From Deltaproteobacteria bacterium (lineage in GTDB: Bacteria > Myxococcota > Kuafuiibacteriia > Kuafuiibacteriales > Kuafuiibacteriaceae), in NCBI GenBank assembly GCA_040218735.1, contig JAVJQW010000019.1, forward strand, positions 96,001 through 160,000: DNA of 64,000 nucleotides. The letters are read 5' to 3'. Below the pieces are notes generated by a model. The model made no database searches. It saw only the letters and a program-made list of their open reading frames with translations, and had not been told where the DNA came from. The position numbers were made by a program, and so were the translations under genes. This document shows, in pieces, positions 40,321-50,023 of the stretch; within the stretch, counting starts at the first letter, position 1; the number at the start of each line of letters is the position of its first letter.

Positions 40321-42129
40321 GTGAAATTTCCTGGCGTTCGATGCCATGATGCGACGGAAGTGTCGGACGAGTTCGAAGCCGGCATGCTGGTGGGGCGCTA
40401 CCAGCTGCTCTTCCGCCTAGGGAAAGGCGGGATGGGCGAGGTCTGGGCCGCGACGGTGAACCAGTCCCAGTTCGACTTCCAGAAGCAGATCGCGCTCAAG
40501 CTCCTCCGCAGCAAAGACCTGCACACCAACGCCGCGACGATGTTCCGCGACGAGGCCAAGGCCGCCTCCGAGCTGCAGCACTCCGCGATCGTCTCCACCG
40601 TCGACCTCGGTCAGGACGGCGACATCCTCTTCATCGCGATGGACATGGTGCGCGGGCCCAGCCTGACCGCGCTGCTCCAGCGGCTGGTGATCAACAAGCG
40701 CAAGATGTCGCCGGGGATCGTCGCGTACATCGGCAAACAGATATCGAGCGCGCTTCACTACGCGCACGACCGCGCGGTCGTGGACGGACAGAAGCTGAAG
40801 CTCGTGCACCGCGACGTCTCGCCGCACAACGTCCTGCTCGACCTCAACGGGTCGATCAAGCTCACCGACTTCGGCGTCGCGCGGACCGCGATCCAGGAGC
40901 ACCTGTCGCACGTCGGCACGGTGCGCGGAAAGCCAAGTTACATGGCGCCCGAGCAGGTCGCGGGCGCGGACATCGACGCACGCACCGACGTGTTCGCGCT
41001 GGGCATCGTGCTCTACGAGAGCTCGTGTCTGAAGCGGCTGTTCGGCCGATCGAACCCGGTCAAGTCGATGGACGCGGTGATGAAACACAAGCCGCGCCCG
41101 CTGACGGAGATCGATCCCTCGTTCCCCGAGCCAATGTGGCTGGTGATCGAGAAGGCGCTGAAGAAGAACCCGGAGCATCGCTTCGCCAACGCAGGCGAGA
41201 TGCACGACGCCCTCGAAGCCGCGAGCCGCGGCCTCGACGGCGCGACGAGCGCGCCGCGTGATCTCGTGGAGCTGATCGGCAAGAACTTCGAGCCGGACGC
41301 GTTCGACATCGACTCGCGCGTGCAGGAGATCCTCGCCGAGGTCGGCATGAAGGAGCGCCGCGAGGTCGGGCTCCCCGCGCCCACGACGCAGGACGCAGAG
41401 CCGGTGGTGCAAGGCATCCAGCCGCCGATGGTCGGCACGAAGGTCGCGTGGCCGTCGGCGCACGCGCCCGACCCGCTGGCGCCCGAGGCGATCGAAGAGG
41501 CGCGAACGCAGTTCCGCGCGCTGACGCCCTCGGCGTCCGCGGCGATGCTCCCCGCGATCTCGAGCGACGGCTTCACGCCGTCGGGCATCGAGATGACGCC
41601 GGTCGGCACACACAGCGCGTACTTCCAGCCGCCGCCCGCGCGAAAGAAGTGGCTGGTCCCGGCGCTGGTTTTGTCGAGCGCCGCCATCGTGATGATCGGG
41701 ACGGTCGCGGTCGTCCTGCAGACGCGCGACAAAGCGATCGAGCAGAGCACCGCGCAGCGCGTGGAGCCGCCGCCGCCGCCCGCCGCCGCGGTGGGCGTCT
41801 CGCAGAAGGAGCTCCCGCCGCCTCCGCCGCCACCCCCGCCGCCCGTCGCGAAGGCGGACCCCGAACCGAAGCGCGCGCCGGCGCCACCGCCGAAGACCGT
41901 CACCACGAAGCGCAAGGCGCCGCCGCCGCCGCCCCCTCCGCCGAAGAAGGTCGCCGACGCGACCTACGCCGAGGTGCTCGACCTCGTCACGCGCGTGAAG
42001 CGCATCGACCCCGACAAGGGCCGCGCGATGTTCCCGTCCCTGATCGAAGCCGGCCGCTCCAACACCAAGGAGCTCAACCGCCTCCGCGCCGAGGCGAAGA
42101 GCATCCTCGCGAAGAGCAACGGCGGCTGA
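40321..42129 (+). CDS. Membrane-anchored Ser/Thr protein kinase
   Basis: GKGGMGEV, HRDVSPHN, DFGVA, YMAPE; TM segment and Pro-rich tail; start may be GTG 40360. Confidence 0.93.
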   Translation: MKFPGVRCHDATEVSDEFEAGMLVGRYQLLFRLGKGGMGEVWAATVNQSQFDFQKQIALKLLRSKDLHTNAATMFRDEAKAASELQHSAIVSTVDLGQDGDILFIAMDMVRGPSLTALLQRLVINKRKMSPGIVAYIGKQISSALHYAHDRAVVDGQKLKLVHRDVSPHNVLLDLNGSIKLTDFGVARTAIQEHLSHVGTVRGKPSYMAPEQVAGADIDARTDVFALGIVLYESSCLKRLFGRSNPVKSMDAVMKHKPRPLTEIDPSFPEPMWLVIEKALKKNPEHRFANAGEMHDALEAASRGLDGATSAPRDLVELIGKNFEPDAFDIDSRVQEILAEVGMKERREVGLPAPTTQDAEPVVQGIQPPMVGTKVAWPSAHAPDPLAPEAIEEARTQFRALTPSASAAMLPAISSDGFTPSGIEMTPVGTHSAYFQPPPARKKWLVPALVLSSAAIVMIGTVAVVLQTRDKAIEQSTAQRVEPPPPPAAAVGVSQKELPPPPPPPPPPVAKADPEPKRAPAPPPKTVTTKRKAPPPPPPPPKKVADATYAEVLDLVTRVKRIDPDKGRAMFPSLIEAGRSNTKELNRLRAEAKSILAKSNGG

Positions 42130-42186
42130 GCGCGCACATCGCGTCCGCTTCGGTCCGGCTGCGAGCTGCCCGCTCGACGCTGCCGG

Positions 42187-43107
42187 CTACATGGGGCAGA
42201 CGTCTTCGGTCGGCGCGATGCAGAGTCGGATCGATCGGTCCGACGGGCGCAGCAGGAAGAACGTCGCGACGCCCGCGCCCACCACCGCGGCGCCGATGGC
42301 GCCCCAGAACAACGGGCTCGAAGTGATGCCGCCGGCGGGCTCGGCGAGGATGGTGTTCACGTTCGCGGCGCGGTCGGGCGTGAGGGTGACGGTGCCGGTC
42401 CACGGGACGTAACCCGCCTTCTTGATCGTGACCTCGTAGGTGCCGGGGATCATCCGCTTGAGCTCACACGGCGACGCACACGCGCGGCCGCCGATGGAGA
42501 CCTCGGCGTTGGCGGGCTCGGTCTGGATCGTGACGGCGGCGATCTGGTTCCAGACGGTGGTCGGGAACACCTGCGCGAGCTGCTGCTCCATCGCGCCGAA
42601 CATCGACATGCCGACCGGGACCTCGTCGCCCGTCGCGCCGAGCTCTTGCTCCGTCTTCACGTCGACGAGGCGGAAGCCGAGCAGGAGGCCCTGGTCGAGG
42701 CGGTCGACCGAAACCGTGAGGAGCTGGTCGATCGCGCCGGAGTTGATGCGCACCTTGCGGGCGAAGCAGTCCGCCTTGCCGGCGCACTCGCGGATGGCGG
42801 CTTCACGCTCGGCGAGGCCGATGGCGTCGAGCGGCGCGACGTTCATCGCGGTGTGACCTTCGATCGCCTTGCGGGCGTCGGAGTAGATGTTCGACAGCGC
42901 GAGCCCCGCCTCCTCACCGGAGAGGATCAGAATCGCGACGGTGCCCGGGCGCGGCGGTGCCGGCGCCTGCGCGGCCAGGTTCGGGCCGGTGTCCGTGCGG
43001 GCCTGCGCGAGGACCGACGGACCCGCTGCGATCCCCGTCGCCGGGAGCATCGCGAGGCCCGCCGTGAGGCAGGCGATCAGCGCGTCGTACCGCATCGGGC
43101 GCATCAT
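42187..43107 (-). CDS. PEGA-domain exported/membrane protein
   Basis: TEPANAEVSIGG..SPC..PGTYEVTIKKAGY; signal peptide; C-terminal LFWGAIG TM segment. Confidence 0.8.
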   Translation of the reverse strand: MMRPMRYDALIACLTAGLAMLPATGIAAGPSVLAQARTDTGPNLAAQAPAPPRPGTVAILILSGEEAGLALSNIYSDARKAIEGHTAMNVAPLDAIGLAEREAAIRECAGKADCFARKVRINSGAIDQLLTVSVDRLDQGLLLGFRLVDVKTEQELGATGDEVPVGMSMFGAMEQQLAQVFPTTVWNQIAAVTIQTEPANAEVSIGGRACASPCELKRMIPGTYEVTIKKAGYVPWTGTVTLTPDRAANVNTILAEPAGGITSSPLFWGAIGAAVVGAGVATFFLLRPSDRSIRLCIAPTEDVCPM

Positions 43108-43949
43108 ATTCCGGAGCCGACTTTCACGCGAGGCACGAACTGCTCCCCGCGTTCGAGGAGCTTCGCCTCGGTCTTCACCCGGACGACGTCGAACAGCGAA
43201 CGGCGCCGCCGCGAACGATCCGCTTGGTGTTTGAGGTAGCGATCGAGGAATCGCATTCGATCCGCGCTCGTCACCAGACCGAGGTCGAGGAAGTCTCGGT
43301 TCAATCGCACGAGGTTCTTCAGCACCACGCCCGAGCGACGACCGTAGGGGCGCATCGACTCCAGGTCGAGGACGTAGAGCGCCTCCGGCGCGACGAGGAC
43401 GTTGCCGACGTGGAAGTCCGCGTGCAGGAGGCGCCGCGCGTGCATCGTCGCGAGCAAGCCCGCGACGCGGTCGATGAGCTGCCGTTTGTCCGTGTCTTCG
43501 AGGCCCGCGTCGCGGAGGCGTTCGAGCGTCGGCGCTTCCACGTACTCGGCGACGAACAGGCTCGGCGCGAAGCGCGGCCCACGTCGCCGCTCGAGGTACG
43601 CGAGCGGACGCGGCGTCGTGATGCCGAACGCCCGCAGCCGGTGCGACCACTCGAACGCCCGCCGAGCCCGCGACCCCTGGAACACCGCCACGGGCGACGC
43701 CCACCAGCGGATGTGATCGGCCGGCACGCGTTTGAGGACGAGGTCGAAGTCGCCGGCCTGGACCCGCACGGCGTTCGCGGAGAGCTGCCCGACCGGAGCG
43801 AAGTCGGCGGGGAGCGCGTCGACCCATTCGTCGGAGCGGAGCAGGCGACCAAGCTCGGGTGTGAGGAGGTCCCGCACGTCGGGGCGCGCGAGGCCGCGCC
43901 ACGCGTCGCCGGCGTCGTCGGTGAAGGCGAGGGGGGATTGGTAGCCCAA
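43104..43949 (-). CDS. Lipopolysaccharide kinase (Kdo/WaaP/InaA family)
   Basis: SRARRAF, GITTPRPLA, HADFHVGNVL, LDLE, NLVRL. Confidence 0.85.
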   Translation of the reverse strand: MGYQSPLAFTDDAGDAWRGLARPDVRDLLTPELGRLLRSDEWVDALPADFAPVGQLSANAVRVQAGDFDLVLKRVPADHIRWWASPVAVFQGSRARRAFEWSHRLRAFGITTPRPLAYLERRRGPRFAPSLFVAEYVEAPTLERLRDAGLEDTDKRQLIDRVAGLLATMHARRLLHADFHVGNVLVAPEALYVLDLESMRPYGRRSGVVLKNLVRLNRDFLDLGLVTSADRMRFLDRYLKHQADRSRRRRSLFDVVRVKTEAKLLERGEQFVPRVKVGSGI

Positions 43950-43951
43950 GG

Positions 43952-45310
43952 CTACTTCTTGCGGCCCGAGGTGCGGCCTTCGACGGCGAGGAGGTGGAGG
44001 TCCGTGACGTTGGTGTCGGTCGGGCCGGTCTCCAGGCGGGCGTCGATCTTCCCGAGCGCGTTGAACGAGTCGTACTTCGCGAGGGACGCGTCCGGATCGA
44101 CCTTCGCGTTCTTGAGGGCTTCGAGGGAGTTGCCGTCGACGATGCCGCCGGCCGCCTTGGTCGGGCCGTCGGTGCCGTCGGTGCCGGCGGAGAGGAACGC
44201 CATGTGCTCGTCGCCGGCCATCGCGCGCGCCATGAGGAGCGCGAGGTGCTGGCTGCGACCACCCTTGCCGATCTTCCCGTTCTTGGCGTCCTCCATGTCG
44301 ACGGTCGGCTCGCCCACCGCGACGAAGACTTCGCGGCCGGTGCCGGACCGCACCATCGATCCGGCGCGCGCCATGTACTTGTCGACGAGGTCCTCGACGG
44401 GGCCTTCGATCGGCTTGGTCGCGCAGCGGACGCGCAGGCCCATCTGTCGTGCGCTGCGCGCGGCGGCGCGGAGCAGGGTGCGGGGCCCGCCGACGACGGC
44501 GGCGAACGCACGCGACAGGCGCGGGTCACCGGGCTTCGGCGACTCGGGGATCTCGCCGCGGTTGCCGGCGTCGAGGTACTCGCGCACGGACTCCGGCGTC
44601 TCGTCCCAGATGCCGGCCTTCTTGAGCGCGGCGATCGCGTCCTTGTAACGCGAGGGATCCGCGACGGTCGGGCCGCCGCCGATCGCGGGGAGTTTGTCGC
44701 CGACGACGTCCGACAGCGCGAGCGTCAGCACCGACGCGGGCGCGGCGGCGACGGCGAGACGTCCGCCCTTCACACGCGAGATGTGCGAGCGGATGACGTT
44801 CATCTTGTGGATGTCGACGCCCGAGTGGAGCATCAGCTTCGTCAGCGCGATGGTGTCGTTGAGGCCGACCTCCTTCACCGGCGAGGTGAGGAGCGCGCTG
44901 GCGCCGCCCGAGATGAGCACGAGCAGGAGGTCTTCTTCCGACAGCTCGGAGACGAGCTCGACGACCTCGTCCGTCGCGCGGATCGACGCGCGCGTAGGGA
45001 GCGGGTGCCCGGCTTCGCGGACTTCGAAGCCGTCGACTTCGCGCGCGTAGCCTTTCTTGGTGACGATCATACCGAACGTCATCTTTTCGCGGATCGCTTC
45101 GGGGACGGCTTCGGCCATCGCGGGCGCGGCTTTGCCGACGGCGATGATGCCGACACGTTCGACGCGGTCGAGCGCGATCGCGCGACGTCCGGCGCGAATC
45201 GCGCCGCTCGAAACTTGCAGACGCGCTTCGACGGCTTTGCCGGCGTGAGAAGCTGCGAGTGCCTCGTTGAAAATGGAGACCAAGTCCTCCGCGAGGGGGG
45301 TGCGGGTCAT
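43952..45310 (-). CDS. Glycerate kinase type 2 (DUF4147/MOFRL)
   Basis: GKAA, AGHPLP, LISGGASAL, KGGRLA, SDVVGD, GGRSQ, GTDGTDG, TGPTDTNVTD. Confidence 0.92.
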   Translation of the reverse strand: MTRTPLAEDLVSIFNEALAASHAGKAVEARLQVSSGAIRAGRRAIALDRVERVGIIAVGKAAPAMAEAVPEAIREKMTFGMIVTKKGYAREVDGFEVREAGHPLPTRASIRATDEVVELVSELSEEDLLLVLISGGASALLTSPVKEVGLNDTIALTKLMLHSGVDIHKMNVIRSHISRVKGGRLAVAAAPASVLTLALSDVVGDKLPAIGGGPTVADPSRYKDAIAALKKAGIWDETPESVREYLDAGNRGEIPESPKPGDPRLSRAFAAVVGGPRTLLRAAARSARQMGLRVRCATKPIEGPVEDLVDKYMARAGSMVRSGTGREVFVAVGEPTVDMEDAKNGKIGKGGRSQHLALLMARAMAGDEHMAFLSAGTDGTDGPTKAAGGIVDGNSLEALKNAKVDPDASLAKYDSFNALGKIDARLETGPTDTNVTDLHLLAVEGRTSGRKK

Positions 45311-45410
45311 TGGTGTAACCGTATAGTCAAGTCCGGGGTTCAGGGCAAAATTTCCCGAAAAAAGCGGGAAACTTGAGGGGTTTGGCGGTCCCCTTTAGGC
45401 TGATCGTCGG

Positions 45411-47729
45411 ATGACCGGGTGGACCCTTCGGGCGCTGGGCGCCGCTTCCGCGCTGCTTTTGGGCCTGTTCACGGCGGTCCCGGCGTGGGCCCTGTGCGCC
45501 TCGCCGGGGGACCCCGACTGCCTGGCCGAGCGCGTGGACTACCGCGGGACCATGGACTTCTTCGCGACCGGGGCCGCGTTCACGATCAACGACGACGACG
45601 ACGACCGGCCGGACGCGCTGCGGGACGTCGCCGAGGTCTTCGTGCCGGACCGGCGCGTGCCGGTCAGCGCGCGGCTGGTGCAGGCGTTCCTGTACTTCGG
45701 CGGCTCGCTCTACGACGACATGGACGGGATCGACGCGCCGGACATGGACGTCGAGATCCAGGTACCGGGCGCGACCGACTTCACGACGGTGACGGGCGAG
45801 CAGCTCTACACCAGCGGCGGCATCGCCGGCTTCCCGGAGCTGACGCTCTACACGGTGCGCGCCGACATCACCCAGGTCATGCAAGACGCCGGCGGCGCGA
45901 TGCGCGGGCTGTACCGCGTGCGCGGCTTCGACGCGGACATCTTCGACGGGATGGCCGAGCACACCGCGGCGAACGCGTCGTTCTCGATCATCCTCATCTT
46001 CGAAGAGGAGCGCCTCCCGCCACGCAACATCGTGCTGTTCGACGGGATGCAGGAGGTCCTCGGCTCGACGGTGACGCTCGACCTCTCCGGCTTCTTCGTC
46101 TCGCCGGTGCCGTCGGGCGCGCTCACGCTCTACGCGCAGGAGGGCGACTGCAACCCGGGCCCTGACGCGTGTGAGAACGGGAACAACCTCGCGGGCCTCG
46201 AGCGCGCGCGCGTCATCGGCGCGGATCCGAACCGGACGATGGTGCTGAGCGGGCCGCTCAACCCGGCGAACGATCTCTTCAATCGAACGATCAACACGGT
46301 CGACCCGCCGCTCCGCAACGTGACCGGCACGGACATCGACACGTTCGACATCACGCCGGTGCTGCGCGCCGGGGACGAGTCGGTGACGGTGGAGATCACC
46401 ACGCCGCGCCCGGCGAACAACGAACGCGGTGAGCTGGTCGGCCTGGTCTACGTGGTGGTGGGCATCGACGTGTTCTCACCCGAGCTGCGGATCGACTCGC
46501 GGATCGAGGTCCGCTCGGAGCGTGGCGACGCGCTCGAGGAGTTCTTCCCGGGCGACCCGCTGCGCGTGACGTACGCGCTCAGCAACACCGGCAACCTGCC
46601 CGGCACCGAGGTGGGCCTGACCACGGATCTCCCGGCGAACGCGACGGACTTCCTCGTCCTCGCCGAGCCGGACGGCGCGACGGTGACCACGGATCGCACG
46701 GGTGGCGCGAACGGACGGGGGCGCGTGGAGGTCACGAACCTCGCGGTCCGCCACGGCGAAGTGAACGATCTGGTGCTGCTCGTCGAGACGGAGTGTCCGC
46801 TGCCGAACGGCGGTACGTTTGCGATCTCGGGCGACGTCACACCGGCGCGCGAAGGCGGCGTCCCGTTCACGCTCACGGCGACGGTGCCGCTGGTGGGGCG
46901 TGAGATCTGCGGGCCGCGGTTCTTCCTCTTCGGCGGCGGCGGCTGCCAGACGACACACGGTGGCGAAGGCCGCACGTGGTGGTTGCTCGTGTTCGCCGGG
47001 TTGTTCGTGTGGCTCGTTCGCAAGACACGCGGCGCGGCGCTCGTGCTCCTGCTCGCGCTCCCGCAGTACGCGTGCAGCGACGACCTCGACGGAACCGCCG
47101 ACCGCGGACCGCCGATCCCCGCCGGGTTCACGTGCCCGGGCTTCGACGGGATGGTGATCGTGCCGTCGATCGACGGGCAGCGTCCGTTCTGCATCGACCA
47201 GTACGAGGCTTCGGTGGTGAGCGGTGCGTTCGAGAGCGCGAATGCCGTCGTGGGCTCGGTGCGCTTCGCGCGCCCGGCGCGCGGCGTGACGTGGTTCCAG
47301 GCGCGCGACGCCTGCCAGGCGGCCGGCAAGCGCCTGTGCACCGCGGACGAGTGGACGACGGCGTGCCGCGGCGACGAGGACCGCACGTTCCCGTACGGCG
47401 ACACGTACGAGGTCAACACGTGCAACGGTTTCGACGCCCGCCGCGACGACGCGGTCGAGACCGGCGGGATGCTCGAAGCGTCCCTCGCGGACGACGGCCT
47501 CCTCGAGGCCTCGGGCTGCGTGAGCGTGCACGGCGCGTACGACCTCTCCGGCAACGTCTGGGAGTGGAACGCGACGAGTTACTTCGACGACGCGCGCCGC
47601 GGCCTCGCGGGCGGCAGCTTCCGGAGCAACCGCACCGGCCTCCGCTGCGTCACCGACGACAACCACGCCCCGCCCGACGAGCAGAACGACGCCTTCGGGT
47701 TCAGGTGCTGCGTCGACTTCGGCGAGTGA
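45411..47729 (+). CDS. Surface protein: N-terminal beta-sandwich region, internal MYXO-CTERM-like segment with second lipobox, C-terminal FGE-sulfatase/C-type lectin domain
   Basis: Signal peptide; GTDIDTFDI; YALSNTG; GGGGC..WWLLVFAGLFVWLVRKTR; LLLALPQYAC; FCIDQYEAS, AGKRLCTADEW, FPYG, YDLSGNVWEW, GFRCC. Confidence 0.85.
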   Translation: MTGWTLRALGAASALLLGLFTAVPAWALCASPGDPDCLAERVDYRGTMDFFATGAAFTINDDDDDRPDALRDVAEVFVPDRRVPVSARLVQAFLYFGGSLYDDMDGIDAPDMDVEIQVPGATDFTTVTGEQLYTSGGIAGFPELTLYTVRADITQVMQDAGGAMRGLYRVRGFDADIFDGMAEHTAANASFSIILIFEEERLPPRNIVLFDGMQEVLGSTVTLDLSGFFVSPVPSGALTLYAQEGDCNPGPDACENGNNLAGLERARVIGADPNRTMVLSGPLNPANDLFNRTINTVDPPLRNVTGTDIDTFDITPVLRAGDESVTVEITTPRPANNERGELVGLVYVVVGIDVFSPELRIDSRIEVRSERGDALEEFFPGDPLRVTYALSNTGNLPGTEVGLTTDLPANATDFLVLAEPDGATVTTDRTGGANGRGRVEVTNLAVRHGEVNDLVLLVETECPLPNGGTFAISGDVTPAREGGVPFTLTATVPLVGREICGPRFFLFGGGGCQTTHGGEGRTWWLLVFAGLFVWLVRKTRGAALVLLLALPQYACSDDLDGTADRGPPIPAGFTCPGFDGMVIVPSIDGQRPFCIDQYEASVVSGAFESANAVVGSVRFARPARGVTWFQARDACQAAGKRLCTADEWTTACRGDEDRTFPYGDTYEVNTCNGFDARRDDAVETGGMLEASLADDGLLEASGCVSVHGAYDLSGNVWEWNATSYFDDARRGLAGGSFRSNRTGLRCVTDDNHAPPDEQNDAFGFRCCVDFGE

Positions 47730-47950
47730 CGCTCCGAGCTGCTCGACGCGTTCGGGTTCAGGTGCTGCGTAGACTTCGGCGAGTGACGCTCCGAGCTGCA
47801 AGATGCGTTCGGGTTCAGGTGCTGCGTCGACTTCGGCGAGTGACGCTACGAGCTGCTCGACGCGTTCGGGTTCAGGTGCTGCGTCGACTTCGGCGAGTGA
47901 CGCTCTTCGGGTTCCGGTGCCGTCTAGTCTTCGACGCGTGACGCTCCGAG
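47688..47950 (+). repeat. 57-bp tandem array reiterating the 3' end of the upstream gene (about 4 near-identical units plus 1 degenerate)
   Basis: Units start at 47688, 47745, 47802 and 47859 (GAYGCSTTCGGGTTCAGGTGCTGCGTMGACTTCGGCGAGTGACGCTMCGAGCTGCWM); degenerate copy from 47906. Confidence 0.95.
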
Positions 47951-48204
47951 CGCTGCGCCGTCAGGCGACGGCACGACGCTTCGAGCAGAGTGACGCGGAC
48001 TTCGAAGCGGAGGTCCGGCGCATCAACGCGCTGGAGGTTACGCGGCGTCGCGTGCGTTGGCGCCCTGGCCCCGCGCCTAGTCACCTGCGTCCGCGATGCC
48101 TCACGCATCTCGCGGCCGCCTTTCGCGCCTGCTGCCCGCGCAGCATTCGGCTCTCGTCGGTTGCGTACGCCCGGTATGCGCCCTCCTCACGTCCTCGGAG
48201 ATCG

Positions 48205-49132
48205 ATGCGGAGTAGCGCATTCGCGGCGCAGGCCGAGTACTTCGCTGAGGCCTTCGTGGGCGGCGACTACTACGCGACGTTCTTCGATCCGTTGGCCGAA
48301 GTGATCGCGCGCGGCCTCGGTGCGTCCAAGCGCGGCGCGGCGTTTCTGCGGGAGCACGTCCTCGCGATCGACTTGGTCCCGTACTTCTCGCAGGACTTCG
48401 CCGAGCCGAGGCGGTGTAACGATTGGGACGCGCACGCTCAGGGCGTCGCCGACGATCTGTTGTCGACGCTCCTCGAGGCGCACCCGCCGTCGGCGATCTT
48501 CGCAAACGGCAAGGCGACGAAGGCAGCGCTCGAAGCGCGGGGCGCGCGTTTCGAGCACACCGTCGAGGTGACGAACCGAAGCGGCGCCGGCACGGCGAAG
48601 CTGAACCTCGGGCGCCTCGGTGACGCGCCGATCGTGCACAGCAACTTCCTGCGCAAGATGTACGGCCCAAACTCCGCCGAGGAGCTGGCGGCGACGGGCG
48701 ACGTGCTCCGGGCGTGGAACGCGGGGCAGGTGCACCGTCCCCAGGTCGTTCGCGGCGCGGGGGGCTCGCGATCGTCGGGTCCCGCCTGTCCGTACGACGG
48801 CCCGGGCGCGCCGAAGGGTTACGTCAGCCGCACGTGCAAGGGCTTCTTGCTGTCGGTCGCGTGGCAGCCCTCGCTGTACACCCCCGTGCGACCGAGCGGA
48901 GCGCGGACGCGTCGGCGCTTCATGGTCGCGGTGGAAGCCAAAAAAGATCAGCCGCGGCGAAGCGCGGCGCTCGTCGTGGACCTGGTGCGGGACGACGCCC
49001 GTCGAGGGGGCGCCGCCGCTCGTCGCCGCGACGCTGGGAGCGAACAGCGATCGCGTCCGCCTCGGCTTCTTCTGGCAGCACGACGCGCCGCCCGTGGCGA
49101 TGATTCACGCGCCGCGAATGCGGCGTGTCTGA
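48205..49132 (+). pseudogene. Probable gene remnant(s); the central part resembles a uracil-DNA-glycosylase-like alpha/beta fold
   Basis: Protein-like stretch YYATFFDPL..AIDLVPYFS..PSAIFANGK..HSNFLR lacks a convincing start; the frame then runs without a stop into the antisense of the next gene. Confidence 0.4.
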
Positions 49133-49176
49133 GGACTGTGCCCAGCGCTCCCGCGAAGCGGGAGGTCGTAACGGGC

Positions 49177-49950
49177 TTAGTTGGTGACCGGGATCGACAT
49201 GGTCCCGTTGCTGAGCGCGACCGAGACGGTGCCGCTCGAGACCTGGCCGTTGAAGGCGCCCATGAGGGTGACGCCCGCGGGCCCGTGGGCCGTGATGCTG
49301 ATCGTGCAGATGGTGCCGGTCATGTACGTCGTGCCGCCCTGGACCAGCGTGATGTGCGTGCCCGGCGTGGCGTCGGCCATGCAGCTGTCGTTGCCCGCGG
49401 CCGGCTCGTTGCCCACGGCGAACATCTCGATGGTGTCGCCGTTGCCGCGCATGCCGCCGATCGTGGTGCCGGCGGTGGGCGTCGCGGTCCAGCGCGCGTA
49501 CGCGCCGGTGCCGAACGTGGTCGTCACGCCGTCGATGTCGACGGTGATGGACCCGCCCATGTTCGGGCCGCCATCGCGCGGGCCGCCGTCACGACCGGGG
49601 GGGCCGCCGTCGCGCGGACCGGCGTCGCGTCCGGGGCCGCCGTCGACCGGCGGGCCACCGTCACGCGGCGGGCCGCCGTCGCGGATCACCACGGGTCCCA
49701 TGCCGTCGTCCTTGAACGTGCAGCGCCCTGCGAAGCAGCGCAGCTGATCTCCGCCGGACGGATTGCAGTCCATGTCCGTCGAGCACGGCGTCGAAGCCCC
49801 TTCGAGCTCGCTGCACGTGCCGAGGTAACAGATCTGGTTGCTGCCGCAGTCCCCCGCCCGGGAGCACTCGTCTCCGCAGCCCGAGAACACGAGCATCGAA
49901 GTCAGGGCGAAGGCAGAGGCCGAAGCGAGGTAAATGGCGTAGCGTGACAT
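49177..49950 (-). CDS. Cys-rich lipoprotein with RDGGP linker repeats
   Basis: MSRY..VFSGC lipobox; CSRAGDC..ICYLGTC; (RDGGP)n. Confidence 0.8.
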   Translation of the reverse strand: MSRYAIYLASASAFALTSMLVFSGCGDECSRAGDCGSNQICYLGTCSELEGASTPCSTDMDCNPSGGDQLRCFAGRCTFKDDGMGPVVIRDGGPPRDGGPPVDGGPGRDAGPRDGGPPGRDGGPRDGGPNMGGSITVDIDGVTTTFGTGAYARWTATPTAGTTIGGMRGNGDTIEMFAVGNEPAAGNDSCMADATPGTHITLVQGGTTYMTGTICTISITAHGPAGVTLMGAFNGQVSSGTVSVALSNGTMSIPVTN

Positions 49951-50023
49951 GGAGCCCTCCACGGTGATCTGTAGCCTAGCGGCGGGCCTCCAATCGAGCA
50001 AATCCGCGACCGGTTTTTCGTGA

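Noticed and set aside
47100-47729. Active formylglycine-generating enzyme maturing the sulfatase at 1-710
   Set aside because: The catalytic Cys pair following the GGS motif is absent (GGSFRSNRTGLRC) and the genes are 47 kb apart.
47688-47950. CRISPR array
   Set aside because: The intervening sequences are only about 15 nt and nearly identical, the repeat is the coding end of the adjacent gene, and there are no cas genes.
45411-49170. Complete diversity-generating retroelement
   Set aside because: No reverse transcriptase, Avd or full-length template repeat in the window; the repeats cover only the last 13 codons.
49560-49690. RDGGP/RDAG coding repeats (also 33590-33680) as a novel element
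   Set aside because: Common low-complexity linkers of myxobacterial lipoproteins.
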